Below, piece by piece: positions 47,844 to 60,187 of a stretch of 64,000 bases of DNA. Positions within the stretch are counted from its first letter, which is position 1; each line of letters begins with the position of its first letter. Position numbers and translations under genes: made by a program. Under the pieces are notes generated by a model. It did no database searches and was not told the origin of the DNA. It saw only the letters and a list, made by a program, of their open reading frames with translations. Location: the NCBI GenBank assembly GCA_030295235.1, contig AP026124.1, forward strand, positions 1,364,001 to 1,428,000, read 5' to 3'. Origin of the DNA: Fistulifera solaris (Eukaryota).

Positions 47844-48814
47844 CTAGATAGCAAACTTGAAGTGATCGTCCAAGCCTGTCGTGTAAATTGTACCATCACC
47901 GGAAAGTTGATCGATGACTTGACGAATTTCGTGTTCCTGAAATCGACCCCGAAAGTGTGCTTGAATTTTTGCGACACTGATTCCATTCTCAAACTTTTCA
48001 CTCTCGATTTGCATGTAATCTTCAATGGCTTTGCTAACGGGGTTTCCGACCGAACCCATTCCAGCTGCCGACAAAGCAGGTCCTCTCATCATGGGTCCGC
48101 CTTGGAACCCAATGCCGCTCATCGTGGCTTGTGGCGCTACATACTGGGACTTTCGTTTCGCTGATTCAGCCGTGTAGACGACGTCCAGCATGTGATGGGT
48201 CAACTCATTGCCGTTCGAAATAGGGCGAATACTTTCCGCGAGGATCATGAACTGACCATCGTAGTCCTTCACTTGCCCCACAACTTTGACATAAATGTGA
48301 TCGCGTTTTGTTTGTTCACGGAGTTCGGCCATTGCCGAGCATTCGTCCTGGTTAATCCATTGCTTGACGGTGAGAAGGCCAGTCCCATCTTCCACTTGAT
48401 ACATCATATTGACACTGGACTCTTCGACACTGCGAACCGCAGCCACCAGCTTGACGTGATAGAGCTTTCTTCCGTCTTCTAATAGCAGTCCTCCGCCTTC
48501 ACCGTTTGGGTCGGATTTTGAAGTTAAGATCATCCGGATAGTCACCGGCTGACAACTTTGCTCATCGTAGCTAGGTCTCGCCTTCCCTCCTCCTCCGCCG
48601 CCACCTGAGTTGGGAGGCGAGTAATTGTCTCCGAATCCTCCTCCGCCAGAGTTAGATCCACCAAAACCTCCACCGAATCCTCCACCAAAACCGCCGCCTC
48701 CTTGATAATCCATTCCTTACAACAGAAGAAAGCATCATTTGTGGTAACTGAGAACGCCTGAAGCATTGACGAAAGCATTTAGTCGTACGATGCCTTCTAC
48801 TTACCGTAATTCAT
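47844..48814 (-). CDS. RPA2: Replication protein A 32-kDa subunit; probable 10-nt first coding exon (48805-48814), intron 48716-48804
   Basis: PVTIRMI, YQVEDGTG, NELTHHMLDV and winged-helix DGTIYTTGLDDHFK. Confidence 0.93.
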
Positions 48815-49281
48815 TCTGCTGTGATTATAAGTGTGTTATTTAACGAAGAATACTAGTTGATGTCAATAGCACAGGCAACAAGACACTGTTCATTCGCATG
48901 GGCACAAATAATTATCGATTGATGCGAGTTGCGATGCATTTGCCAAATTTGCCACCCATCGCGAGAAGCGACAGGGCTGGATACCGTGATCGCACGCCGG
49001 GCAGCCTTTTCGCGCTCCTTCCTCATTTACTCGTGAGTATCAGACCGATATTCTGCAAAGCAACGGAAACAAACATGGTTTCACACGTCATTACTGGACT
49101 CTCTGCGACATCACTTTGGAGGGAGGGACGAGAAATTTCTCACTGTGGGTGAGAGGAATTCTTTCGTGCTTCTGTGGAGTAGGAGAGAGAGAGCGAGCGC
49201 AGATCCCATTCGTTGCCATCTCGCGCACCTATAGACGACATTACATCAAGCATACTTGTAAGCTGAAAGCCATTGCAAACC

Positions 49282-50044
49282 ATGGATATCGTTCAAAAAC
49301 AACTCAAAGTCGTCAGGACACGTTTGGACAAGTATCCCGTCTTTCAAGAAGTCGAGGTAAGCAACGAATGACGAACTCGTCTCTATGCGCTAAAGTTTGC
49401 GGCGTTCCCATTCTCGAATATGCCTCTGGTTCGTTCGCGACGACATTCGAATTGCTCTACTAGTCCTTTTCGTTCGTGGGTTGCTTCAAGATGCTGACGT
49501 TGAACATCATCTTGCTCGTCACTCACTTAGTTATGATCACCGCTTCGCTTAGGATAAAACCGGCGCACCCAAAGAAATCGTCGCACTCGGTTTGGCGGTA
49601 GTCCTCGGCGTGGCCATCATTTTCGGTATGGGCGTGGGATCTTTGTCCAGTCTGGTTGGATTCTGCTACCCCGCTTTCAAGTCGTTTCAAGCGATCGAAA
49701 CGAAACACAAAGGAGACGACACACAATGGTTGGTATACTGGGTCATCTTCGCCTTCTTCTCCATCATGGAGACCTTTGTCGATCTATTGTTGTACTGGAT
49801 TCCATTCTACTACGCCTTCAAGTTGGCGTTCCTTCTCTGGGCGATGATGCCGCAAACCAAGGGTGCCAAGTATCTCTACGATACATTCTTGAAGGATCTT
49901 CTCAAGAAGAACGAGTCGAAGATTGATGCGGCTTTGGCGGAAGCGAAAAAGCATGCAGGAGCCATGGGATCGGAATTCGCGAGCGCTACATCGGAGGTCG
50001 CCACTGCTGTATCCGCAGCTGTCAAAGGAGACAAGAAGGAGTAA
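49282..50044 (+). CDS. TB2/DP1/HVA22 (YOP1/REEP5-like) ER-shaping protein; intron 49357-49552
   Basis: YPAFKSFQAIET..KGDDTQWLVYWV and WIPFYYAFK. Confidence 0.93.
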
Positions 50045-50927
50045 CCCATGGCGAAGGGCGAATCTAGTCGATGTTTGCATAGCTTTCGGTGTTGCTTTCT
50101 AAAACTGTCATTGTGAGCTGGATGACTATTTATTGATGCATAGAAAGCCGCATATAATGGATGAATTTGTAAGACCGTTTCACATGTTCTAAAATCGTTT
50201 CTTTTCAAGTAATCAAAAGTTGACATGAAAGCGAGTGACTTTGTTGTGTTGTGAGATAGGTAGGCTGAATTCGCCTGTAGTCTTCATAGAAGCGATCGGT
50301 GTGTTCAAGACTCTAGACTACCAATACCTCTTTGATGGTGCATGTTGTTTTCATTAGGGGTGTCGTCCCCTAGGGTTGAGCACTAACCGGTACGTCCTAC
50401 CTTATTATTTGTAGATAGTCGCGGAACATCGAATATCAATTTTGATCATCTGAGATAGTCGTTAAACACCGAATGCAATCGTTTGACCTAGTCTTTTGTC
50501 TCTAGTTTGGTTGGTTGGCTGGTCTTCGTTATTCGTGAGGGGTTCTCATCTTTCCGTAAGGTTAGAGTTGATGATCGTTAGACTTGTAAAGGGACGGATT
50601 TCACGTACGGAATACATTTTTGTCCATAGTACTCTCGTGACTCGTGAGAGTCTAGAACGATTGCCGGAACGATAAAAAGTGGTTACTGTTGTTAACAGCT
50701 ACGACAAGGAATAGTTGTCATGTGGGATTCGACTTGACCGTTGCAATTAGTCACTCCAACGTCGTTTTAATGCCGTAGGACTTGTACGAGAAGCTACGGT
50801 CGCGTGGGCACTACACGTCGTTTGAGGACCAAAATCAACCGATCCCATGACAAGCAAGCAAGAGGCATCGACGTCAATGGTGCCTTGCGTAGTCATTAAG
50901 TAGTCTTATTCAAGCAAAGCAACAATC

Positions 50928-52131
50928 ATGTCTTCTGGAGGACCTTACGGTCGTCAAGGCTACCAATCGAATCCCAGCGGATATGGTGCTGGCGGAGGGT
51001 ACGGAGCTCCGACCGGTGGGGGTTACATGGCGCCGCAGTATGGCGCAGGCTACGGAGGCGGTGCTTCTTATTCTGCTCCAACATCTCAGGGATCTTATGG
51101 AGGCGATTTTGGGGCTTATAATGCTCAAGAATCTAATGTGAGTATTTTGTCGATCGGCAAATGTAACCTTTAGCTGTTGAAATTGTCAGAGTAGCGCTGA
51201 TGTGATGGGTTGCGCTGAATATATTCTCACTCTTGCTAATTCTTACTTCACAAGGACGGAGGTGATGAAAAGGCAAAGACCGGTAAAAAGAGCTTTGCTA
51301 TTCACGCACTTAATAAGAATGTCTACATGTGGGCAGGTTTCTTCACAGCGTCGCTATTCGTTTACTTTTTACTCTCGGGAGGAGACTTTTCCTTCTTGAT
51401 GACCTACGGTGCCATGGCTCGAATGTTTGGATTTGGAATCCTCATTGTAAAGACATATAAAAGTCAGCGAGCCACAGGGGTGTCGGTCAAGTCGTTGCAG
51501 CTTTATTGCTTAGTGTTCTTTTTTCGCTTAACTTCAATTATCCGACACGAGGGTTACTTGCCTTACGATAAATCAGGGGGATTGGCTGTATCATCTCATT
51601 GAAATCATGTCACTGATTTTCACTTCGGCGGCTCTTTACGGATGCATGGTTCCTTTCAAGGGAACTTACCAGGCTGATATGGACCGGTTCGGCGAATTTA
51701 ATGTTCCACCAGGAGCTGGTGCGGTCTACATCGCTGTGCCTGTATTGATCATCTCAATTTTCATTCACCCCAACCTCAATGCCGATTTCCTCAGTGATAC
51801 AGCGTGGACCTATGCTATGTACCTTGAGTCGATGGCGCTGATCCCTCAGCTTTACATGTTTCAGAAGCAAACTTCGGGAGTTGTCGAGTTGCTGACAGCT
51901 CACTTTGTTGCGGCTCTTGGTTTCGGACGTTTAATGGAATTTCTGTTCTGGATCTACAGCTATCATGAGTTGGCGAGTAGCTCCGGTTCTCGGCTGCCCG
52001 GATATCTGGCTCTCTTCTCGCAATTCGTACAGCTCGTTTTGATGATCGACTTCTTCTGGTACTACTATATGGCGGTGAAGAACGCCACCCCACTGGTTCT
52101 CCCACAGCATTCTGGGATGGGCATGGTTTAA
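50928..52131 (+). CDS. ER lumen protein-retaining receptor family (ERD2-related); intron 51138-51254; frameshift ~51578
   Basis: GVSVKSLQLY, GYLPYD and YLESMALIPQL. Confidence 0.88.
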
Positions 52132-52459
52132 AAATAATCAACTCATAGCTGAAAACGAAAATCTTCTGACCTTTTAAGTATTCAAGTAGGCCGCTTTCAA
52201 TTCATCTCAGAGTTGTTATCCAAAATGCTTTTCGTCTCATGTATCTTTGGGAACGACGACATAGAAAGTCGTCGCACTTCAAACATCATTTTCATCCATG
52301 GATAGTCGAACTTCAAACATTCTTTTATCTATCAACAACCAACAGATACCTTCTCTTTGCTCCTTCGCATCATCATAGTTCCCAAGACAAGCGTCGGTAC
52401 GTAGTCATCACTATATCTCTCGCAGTCCGAAGTCCGAAGGACACGCCCATCCAAGCTAT

Positions 52460-52645
52460 GGACGTTCCCGAAATTCGGGAGAATGTGTATTTCATCATTA
52501 AGGTTAGCAATTCTGTGGGCGTACCAGAAATTCTGGATACGGTGTATCGAATCATACAGAAATTCTGTGGACGTTCCGGAAAATTCTGGAGACAGTGTAT
52601 TTCATCTTACAGAAGTTCTGTGTACTCTCCAGAAATTCTGGAGCC
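52460..52645. repeat. ~3.5 units of a ~53-bp repeat of alternating CCAGAAATTCTGG / ACAGAAATTCTGT palindromes
   Basis: Cores at 52467, 52524, 52576 and 52629. Confidence 0.9.
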
Positions 52646-52785
52646 GGGCTATTTGGTCGGTTTACGCCGTAAGAAGTGGAGGCGTGCATTGCAAAGGCTG
52701 CTGATGGTAGTTGCATCGCAATTGCGACCATGAGAAGAGAATGAAAGGAATTTAGGTAGCAGTCTGGCCCGAATAAAATCATAGT

Positions 52786-53019
52786 TCATGACGGAAATGC
52801 AGTCATGATGTAAGGTCGCCTACCTTCGGATCTATTATAATATGGAAGAAGACAATCCGCAACGTTTTTGTTGTAAGGATACGAAGTGTACATTGCCATT
52901 ACACATGGTGCTAGTGGTAGCTCCATCGTTATAACGACTTGCCACGAGAGGAAAACGAATGAAAGTTTCGTAAAAGTGTAACTCGGAAAAATTGGTTCAT
53001 GACTGGAATGCAGTCGTGG
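52786..53019. repeat. Pair of 23-bp palindromic elements (52786-52808, 52997-53019)
   Basis: TCATGACGGAAATGCAGTCATGA and TCATGACTGGAATGCAGTCGTGG. Confidence 0.85.
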
Positions 53020-53302
53020 AATCGGAGAACTCACAATTCGGGTCTATAGTAAAAAAAATGGCTGCACTTCGATTATGAAAAGAGAGGGGCATTTTTGGTT
53101 AACACCATGCGGTACCAGGTACAAGTATGCGGTGCAGTTTCGTTCGGAAGTTTGATCTTTGTGACACATCATGACACACGTAACTTTTGTCTTGACGACT
53201 TTGAAACCAGGTACATGGTAGCTAGGTGATAGAACCATGACTTTCCATACTTGGTTGACCCTTAGTCAACAGGACCCATTCGACGTGGATTGAAGCAGCT
53301 GC

Positions 53303-53897
53303 ATGAAGGCTTTCACTGAGTTATCGAAGATGTTTGCGGCATGTTCTTCGGTTATAGGAAAAAATCCTCTCCTCGTCAACAGTTTAACGGGTGGTTCCCT
53401 TTGTCTCGCATCGGATGCTATCGCCCAACGAATGGAACAGCGAGATTTTGATGACTCGAATTTTTCTACGTCCAGGATGCTTTCAGCTGGTTTGATCGGT
53501 TCTTTCTTTGGCGGTGTTGTGTATCCACGAGCATACGCTCGTCTCGATACGATCTGGCACGGAAAAGATTTTGCGTCTCTCTTCAAAAAAATCCCTGGTG
53601 GAAATTCTAACTGTAGGAGTGTTCGTCAACAGCATCAGCATATCGAGTCGGGGTGTCTTTGCGGGCCGAAAGCCAAAGTCTGTTGTGCGTCACGTCGCAC
53701 GAGAAATGCCTCATGTTATGCTCAACGATGCTAGGGTATGGCTGCCTTACAACATGATCGCATTTTCTTTCATCCCTGCGTATATCCGACCAACTGCTAC
53801 TGCTTTCATGGAAGCTAGTTGGCAGACCTATATTAGTTTACGTTCTCATGATTATGAGACGCACGCTGATTCGGAAAAGTCCGCACTCATTCTTTGA
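53303..53897 (+). CDS. Mpv17/PMP22 family membrane protein; frameshift in the A-run ~53585-53591; start uncertain
   Basis: PLLVNSLTGG...SDAIAQ and VWLPYNMIAFSFIP...WQTYIS. Confidence 0.85.
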
Positions 53898-54065
53898 TGC
53901 TTGTATCGGTCCATGGATTTAAAACTTAACCTAACGCTGTAATTGCTAATGCTTAATTTCAATAAATATCAAGGAATCGACGGAGAATTGAATTATGAAA
54001 GACTGACAAAAGAGATATCAAATAATCATCGCCTTGCGTCGTAAATAACATTTATGTTTGCCTTA

Positions 54066-57000
54066 CTATCTGTTCTTGAGCATCGATGAAAGGAAACCAA
54101 AACCACTGCTGACTACGTTTGTTTTGTTCGCATCTTGTGTCTTTTCGGTTTGTTCTCGGTCTTTTACGTATTTGCCGCGAAGCTGTATTTCGTTTAGTGT
54201 TCGATCTGCAGGAACCGGAAGAAGCGCGTAACGACATGAAGACTCGAGCGGCATGTAGATAAGTGGGTCGGACCGCGTCGACGGGGCTGTGACAATCTCT
54301 CCAATGGAAGATACTCTTGCATCTGTTTGACCGAATAAAGATGCAAAGAAGATGTCGCTTGAATCGAGCACACGACTATGCTCCTCTTCGATCCTGCTCG
54401 CCAATGCGCGGACAAAGTCTGGTCGGCAGACCTTTCCGATCACCACTTCGATGGCTTGACGGAGATGTTCAAGTTTCTGATCTGCCGGTAACTCTTTCCG
54501 CGCACCGTTGTAACAAAGAGAAACGAAACCCACGTCAACGCGGAGCTGCACGATAGAAGACGGGCAAAAGTCGTCCAAAGCTTTTCCCTCTTTCTCGATG
54601 TATTCAAAACCCATGCGTATGCTGTGGATAAACACGTTCATGGATTCGTTCAGTATTGCCGACCTCAACGTTTGTAAAAGAGTTGGAATCGAGCTGACGC
54701 TTGTTGTACGCAATCCAAGCTTCGTGGCGTACTCTACGGTGGGTGCTGGTTCAAAAGAATCGGCGGGACATGTGTTGCAATTCAACAAAGTTGAAGCTGC
54801 AATGAATAGTCCTGCGAGATGGGGCGAAATGCTGTGCAGAATAGTGTTCGCACTTTCTCGTGCGTCTCCATCGGCGGGTCCGTAAATTCTTTTCCACTCC
54901 TCTTCCTTCATACCGGGCCCCGTTCGAAAAACTTCATCTGTCTTGTGACGGAAGTAACTAGTTCCGGATTGCAGTGATGCACGAGCCCATTTCGCAAAGC
55001 AAACACCAATTATCTTGTCCAAAGATCTTTGAAATGCACCTAATGCACTCTCAGTTCCAGTCGCCTCATGTCGGATACCTCTCGCAGTCAGAAGAACAAG
55101 CTCATCTAAGGTGACGTCCTTTGGTGATTCGGGCATGTCGACTACCTGATCATCCTTTGGAGTCAATAAAAGAGTCTCACGGACCATTTCCGCACCATGG
55201 AAAGCCGTTCCTGAGAACGCACTTTCAACAGCCTGCAATGCTTCGTCGAATGTTACGACGCCGTCTTCGTCATCGTCACTAACATCAAACGCAGTTTGAA
55301 TATCCACGTAAGATATCATACCAATAGTACTCTGCATTGCTGCAGGAGATGAATTCGGGTCCAACAGCTTAGGGAGCGCTGATAACCGATATTTGAGTAG
55401 ATAGCAGAGTCTTCCGACAATGAACTCTTTCGTGCCGCTATTCGCCTCGTCACTTGAACTCTGAACCAAGCGACGAAGCTCCGAGACCAGGCGTCCCAAG
55501 ATTTCGCACGTTTGCACGTACAGAGACTCTCGAAGACGACGTTCGCTTTCGACTCTTTCCTCGGCATGCACCAAAAGCTCATGAGCATCATCGCTTACTT
55601 TCATCAAAGACTGATTCAAATCCATTGTGAGCTGTAATGTATTTCGGTAGGCTTCATGGGGTAGAATAGATGAAGCGGGAGGAGCACTCGACAAGGATTT
55701 GGTGAGCGTTGCCACAACTCGAGAGTGGACCGATTGGAAGGAAGTGGTCAACAATGAATGAACAAGCGACGAGAAGGTGTGGGAGAATAGTGCATTCCAG
55801 AGCGAGAATCTCTGGTTGCTGATGTCAACAGCATTACCCAGAACAGTGTGAACATCAACCATGTTTTCCACGGCCTCTTCCCAAGAGCAGAGTCCATGCG
55901 AGGATAGGCGCTCCATAGAGTGAAGTCCATCTGTCTTATCGTAAAGACTTTGACGGATGTGTCCCAGGGCACTAGCCGAAGTACCCGCAATCGAAACTAG
56001 CACAGTCTTGACTTTCTTGCGGATTAATGGAAGATGAGTCGCCATAAATGCCGAGCACTTGGACTTTACCACAGCCTTGTCGAAAACCGGCAAGGAAGGG
56101 GCGACTCGTTCGACGACGCTTTGGTCCTTCGAGTGAAACTTCTTTAAAACGAATATCTGATAAGGGTGCAGCAGAGCGTCGTACTGCAAAACAAGCACAA
56201 TTTTCGCCAAAATGTGTTCTGGCTCGGCTTCGGCTTCTTCGTTTTTCTCCTTTTGGGGTGACTGCAGCTTATTCAACAGTGAGACTAGAAGTTTCGTCTT
56301 TGAATCAAAATAGATATCGAGAAGACGAGACGCCCGATCTTTACTCTTTTCCGTATCCAACAAATCGTGAGAAACAAGCGATGCGGCAGATTCGTAGACA
56401 CCGTCGGCTGGGTCGGAACCACGCTTGCCGAACGAAGCGGCGCTCAGAAGGTTCTCGATCGCCGTGCGTTTGATTTTTGTGGCAGCGATTGCACATGAAG
56501 AAACACCATCTGTGCTCGGTCGATGAGCGAAGAGTCCACCTTGTTGAAAACCTTGCGTTTTTGAGGATCAGCGAGAGAGTTGGCCAAAGGATATGACTCG
56601 GAGCACGACGCAATCAGGCTAAACAAATCTATCAAAGTGGTAGTGGCCTTGAGAGCATCGTTCTTATCCAAAGCGCGGTGAATCATCCGTGGTAATTTAA
56701 ATAAGTCACGCTTCGCTTGGGAAAGGATCATTTCGTCGTCTTGAATTTGGTCTTTTGTTCCTCGACATTTTCGTTGGCGCTAGCATTTGAAATCGTCACA
56801 AGTTTATCAAAGAGGGAAGGCAAGCCATGAACCAAGTCGTAGAGTTCTTGAGCGCGTTCATTCATAATGATAACTTCATCGCTACTTCCCACGAGTTCTC
56901 GGTATCGCGAAGCGAGAACCAAACGCAGTTCCGTCCGTTTGGCTTCGGCTTCACGAAGGGCTCTGTCATGAAGCATTCTCATCTCGTCGATCGTCATTGT

Positions 57001-57207
57001 TTTCGCAATGGCCTGAGAGTACTGCGAGTTTTGCAAATTCTGCGTTGCAAGTGTAGGAGGTGGAGGCAGCGATTGCCCTGGCCGACTGATGCCTCGAAGA
57101 CCACCCGAAGCGGAACCTCGAACCGACAGAGCAGGGGCACGCGTAGATCGCGGCGACGAGGAGGACCCAGCTGAGTCGACGCTAGTCGTCCTGTTGATGT
57201 TTATCAT
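54066..57207 (-). CDS. COG1: COG1-like (Vps51/COG1 N-terminal domain) tethering subunit; frameshifts ~56755 and ~56476
   Basis: EAEAKRTELRLVLASRYRELVGSSDEVIIM N-terminal signature; long helical protein. Confidence 0.7.
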
Positions 57208-57408
57208 ATTTTATCTTTCTCGATTGGAAAATACAATTTAATTGAATGATTACTCTATCATCTGGTGGCAATACCAACTTGTCAACGAGCGCGTCTTTTA
57301 TAGCAGTTGCATGTAAATGATGCGCGGTCATACGGGGACGTTATACCTGGTGATCTCCATTGTGGATCAGGTACATTTACTGTCTCTCGAAGTGTAAGCG
57401 ACCCTTCA

Positions 57409-57430
57409 CCACGACTGCTTTCAGTCGTGA
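57409..57430. repeat. Copy of the palindromic element with a 4-nt centre
   Basis: CCACGACTGCTTTCAGTCGTGA. Confidence 0.8.
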
Positions 57431-57722
57431 ACATTTAATGTTTACTCGGAGTATTTTGTTTGCGTCACCTTATCGCTAGACTGGCTAAGACAATAGTGAT
57501 ATCAGGTACGGCAACCACTGGTAATTCAGCCCTCCGTGATTATAATCCGATCCTCTCCTCTACATTCGTTTTTTCTAAAAGGATCATTGACCATCCAAGT
57601 ATTGCCTCATTTTGTCTGCACGTTTTCCAGCGAGGTGGACTGGTCGTAGGCATGAGTCGAGGGATTAGAAATTCGGCGATTCAAGCAGGGAACAGGTTCC
57701 TAAAGTACTAATTCTACAAAAC

Positions 57723-59096
57723 TTAAATTCTCCGCAAGTCATCAAAAGAAATACCTCCGGGCTCATTGAAGCTGGTATTGCTGGACTGCGTTCGGTGAAT
57801 GAGTGTATCAAAATCAATGTGCGGTTCGTAGTGATCTACCGCAACGGCTACACGGTTCGTATCCTGAATATTCAGTTTGGGGGTGAACGAATGGATCTTG
57901 CTCATGACGTCGTGAGTGGACATGTCCACCGTCATGACCGGAGCACCGTCTAGACCGGTAAGCATGTTGCTGACTTCTTTCGAGAGTTGATACTTTCCTC
58001 TACGACCGCACACAATTAGCGCCGCTTCAAACGGGTCGCTCTCTTTTCCCAGGCGGCGTTGAAATTCTCCAAGGAACCCAACGATAAGATCGTCTCGCGT
58101 AACGTGGCAAATATACAAAGTGCGACTCGGCTTCTCATGCAAATTCTCGAGAAATCGGTTGAGATTGGTGGTGACAAGGTTGATGTCAGCAGGACTATAA
58201 TGCCAAAGCCTGTGCTTCTTGCCGCTAATCAATTGGGTTTTGAAAAGTGCCTCCAGGTCGGCCAGAGCGGGGCATCCCAGGAATGGTCGATCCGGAATGC
58301 AGCCAATCAGCGGTACACCCCATGCATTCATCATGGCTTTCGCCATGTATTTCTTGGTCTGTTCTAACTTATCCGGGATGACTTTATTGATAATAACTCC
58401 CGCAATACGGACATTGTAATGCTGGCAAAGGATCCGATTCAGCTCAAGTTCATCAAAGGCACTCCCCAGTCCACCATTGGCCACTAACACCATATCAGCC
58501 CCAATGAGTGAAGCAACTTTGGCGTTATTGATCCCCACAATACTGCCAACTGCGCAGTGACCGGTCCCCTCACACAAGACAACATCACTCGCCTTACTGA
58601 CGTTCGTCATGGCTTTCTGAATATCATGAATTTGCGAAGCGAATGAAATTTCGCCGTCAACGTACTTTTTGGTATAACCCGATGGAATGATAACGGGGCT
58701 CATGTCTTCGTAGTCAATGTGATTAAGATGAAAGTGTTCGCGCACCAAACAAACATCCTTGTCGACGCGAATCTCGGCGTTGCGATTGTCGGAGTGAACG
58801 GGGACGTGTTGCTGACCGACGGGCTTGATAAAGCCAACTTTGTCGAAACGTTTTTGCAGTCCTGACATGATCGCTAAGCTCGTTGTAGTCTTCCCCACAT
58901 GCTGTCGTGTTGCCGCCACAAAAATGGGGCGTTGCAGTTTTCCTCCTCCCACGTTTTTCCAAAAGCGAGACCCATCCGGAAACTTATTCCACACGGGGGG
59001 ACTTTTTTCCTTCAGGTTCGAGGAAGTCGGAGAATAGGCTCGGGCTCCGGACGCTTGTAGTGCCGAGCGGCTCAATGAGCTCTTTCCTTTCATCAT
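57723..59096 (-). CDS. BioD-like P-loop (AAA_26) + DRTGG-like protein, resembling the phosphate acetyltransferase N-terminal module; start uncertain
   Basis: IFVAATRQHVGKTT, GFIKPVG, CEGTGH, GVIINKV and HVTRDDL; no PTA catalytic domain follows. Confidence 0.8.
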   Translation of the reverse strand: MMKGKSSLSRSALQASGARAYSPTSSNLKEKSPPVWNKFPDGSRFWKNVGGGKLQRPIFVAATRQHVGKTTTSLAIMSGLQKRFDKVGFIKPVGQQHVPVHSDNRNAEIRVDKDVCLVREHFHLNHIDYEDMSPVIIPSGYTKKYVDGEISFASQIHDIQKAMTNVSKASDVVLCEGTGHCAVGSIVGINNAKVASLIGADMVLVANGGLGSAFDELELNRILCQHYNVRIAGVIINKVIPDKLEQTKKYMAKAMMNAWGVPLIGCIPDRPFLGCPALADLEALFKTQLISGKKHRLWHYSPADINLVTTNLNRFLENLHEKPSRTLYICHVTRDDLIVGFLGEFQRRLGKESDPFEAALIVCGRRGKYQLSKEVSNMLTGLDGAPVMTVDMSTHDVMSKIHSFTPKLNIQDTNRVAVAVDHYEPHIDFDTLIHRTQSSNTSFNEPGGISFDDLRRI

Positions 59097-59520
59097 GATG
59101 TAGACAGGTCTTGTCGTTGGCGAGTAGTATCGGCAAGCAATGCTGCGTTGACTTGTCAAAAGTTCGGCTTGTGTCAAGAAGAAGTTCCGACTATCTGCCT
59201 GTTTTTGGCATGCTGCTCAAGACTCAAGAGGAACTAACTCTCTTCAAATCCAGAGTCCGGAGTACACTTGTGGCTCGTAATGGTATTAGAAGCATTATGT
59301 AGGTCGTTTTCGTCTGTCTGAGGTCGGTGCCGAGGACGATGATTATGCGGTGAGAAAAACGCTGCACGACGGCAATGAAGATGCTAGATCATAAGAACAA
59401 GTACTTGTACCCTGGGCGTTGAGCTTATTGCAAGGGAATAATAACTAGAACTCGTTCTTTCAATCCAGCCTACAATTAATTATTGTCCGTTCAGTGTGTT
59501 TGTGTCAAAGAGGCAACATC

Positions 59521-60113
59521 ATGGTGCGAAATTCATTGCTACGATCGGTTTCAATGAGCCCTCACTGCCGATGGGCGCACACGGTGCGTGTGATTGCGAT
59601 ACAAGATATTCCTCACAAGGCTCAGGTCGGTCAGATGACCGCCGTAAAAGCAGGATATGCTCGTAACTTCCTGATTCCTGAAAAATATGCAGTCTATGCA
59701 ACACCCGATAATATGAAAAATACAACATTTCGGATGAACCCGAGCAACAACGAGCACAGAAAATCAATGATCCGGAGAAGCAAGCAGCAGAGCTGTTGCA
59801 GTATTACTTACGCAACAAAGTCCTAAAAATTTGGCGGCAAGTGGATCCAGTCACCGAATCTATAGCACCAGGACTCGTGAATGCACGCAATGTCAAATCG
59901 AAGTTATCCAAGCAACTTAAAATTGATCTCGAGCCGCATGAGAAAATTCACTTAATGGCAATGCCGAGTGCGGAACTACCACCAGACGAATCTTTCGGGT
60001 CGGTGGATGATGATTGTAAGACCGAGATCCGGCAACTGGGTTCCTATTGGGCTCGCATCACGCTGGCCGGAGGACATCATGCGTACTTCCGGACGATTGT
60101 ACTGAAACGATAG
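59521..60113 (+). CDS. rplI: Ribosomal protein bL9, probably mitochondrial; frameshift in the A-run ~59716-59720
   Basis: VKAGYARNFLIP..YAVYAT; C-terminal IRQLG. Confidence 0.88.
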
Positions 60114-60187
60114 ATTATAAACTATAATCTTGAACGAATTGTTGACACCAAAATAATTTTGCAAAACCTCAAAACTTTAATTAATCG

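Noticed and set aside
46757..52645. Heat-shock elements in the CAGAAATTCTGG arrays
   Set aside because: Spacing is mostly GAA-n-TTC, not the canonical nGAAnnTTCn.
52239..52733. 164-aa ORF
   Set aside because: Runs through the CAGAAATTCTGG array; the peptide repeats merely reflect the DNA repeat.
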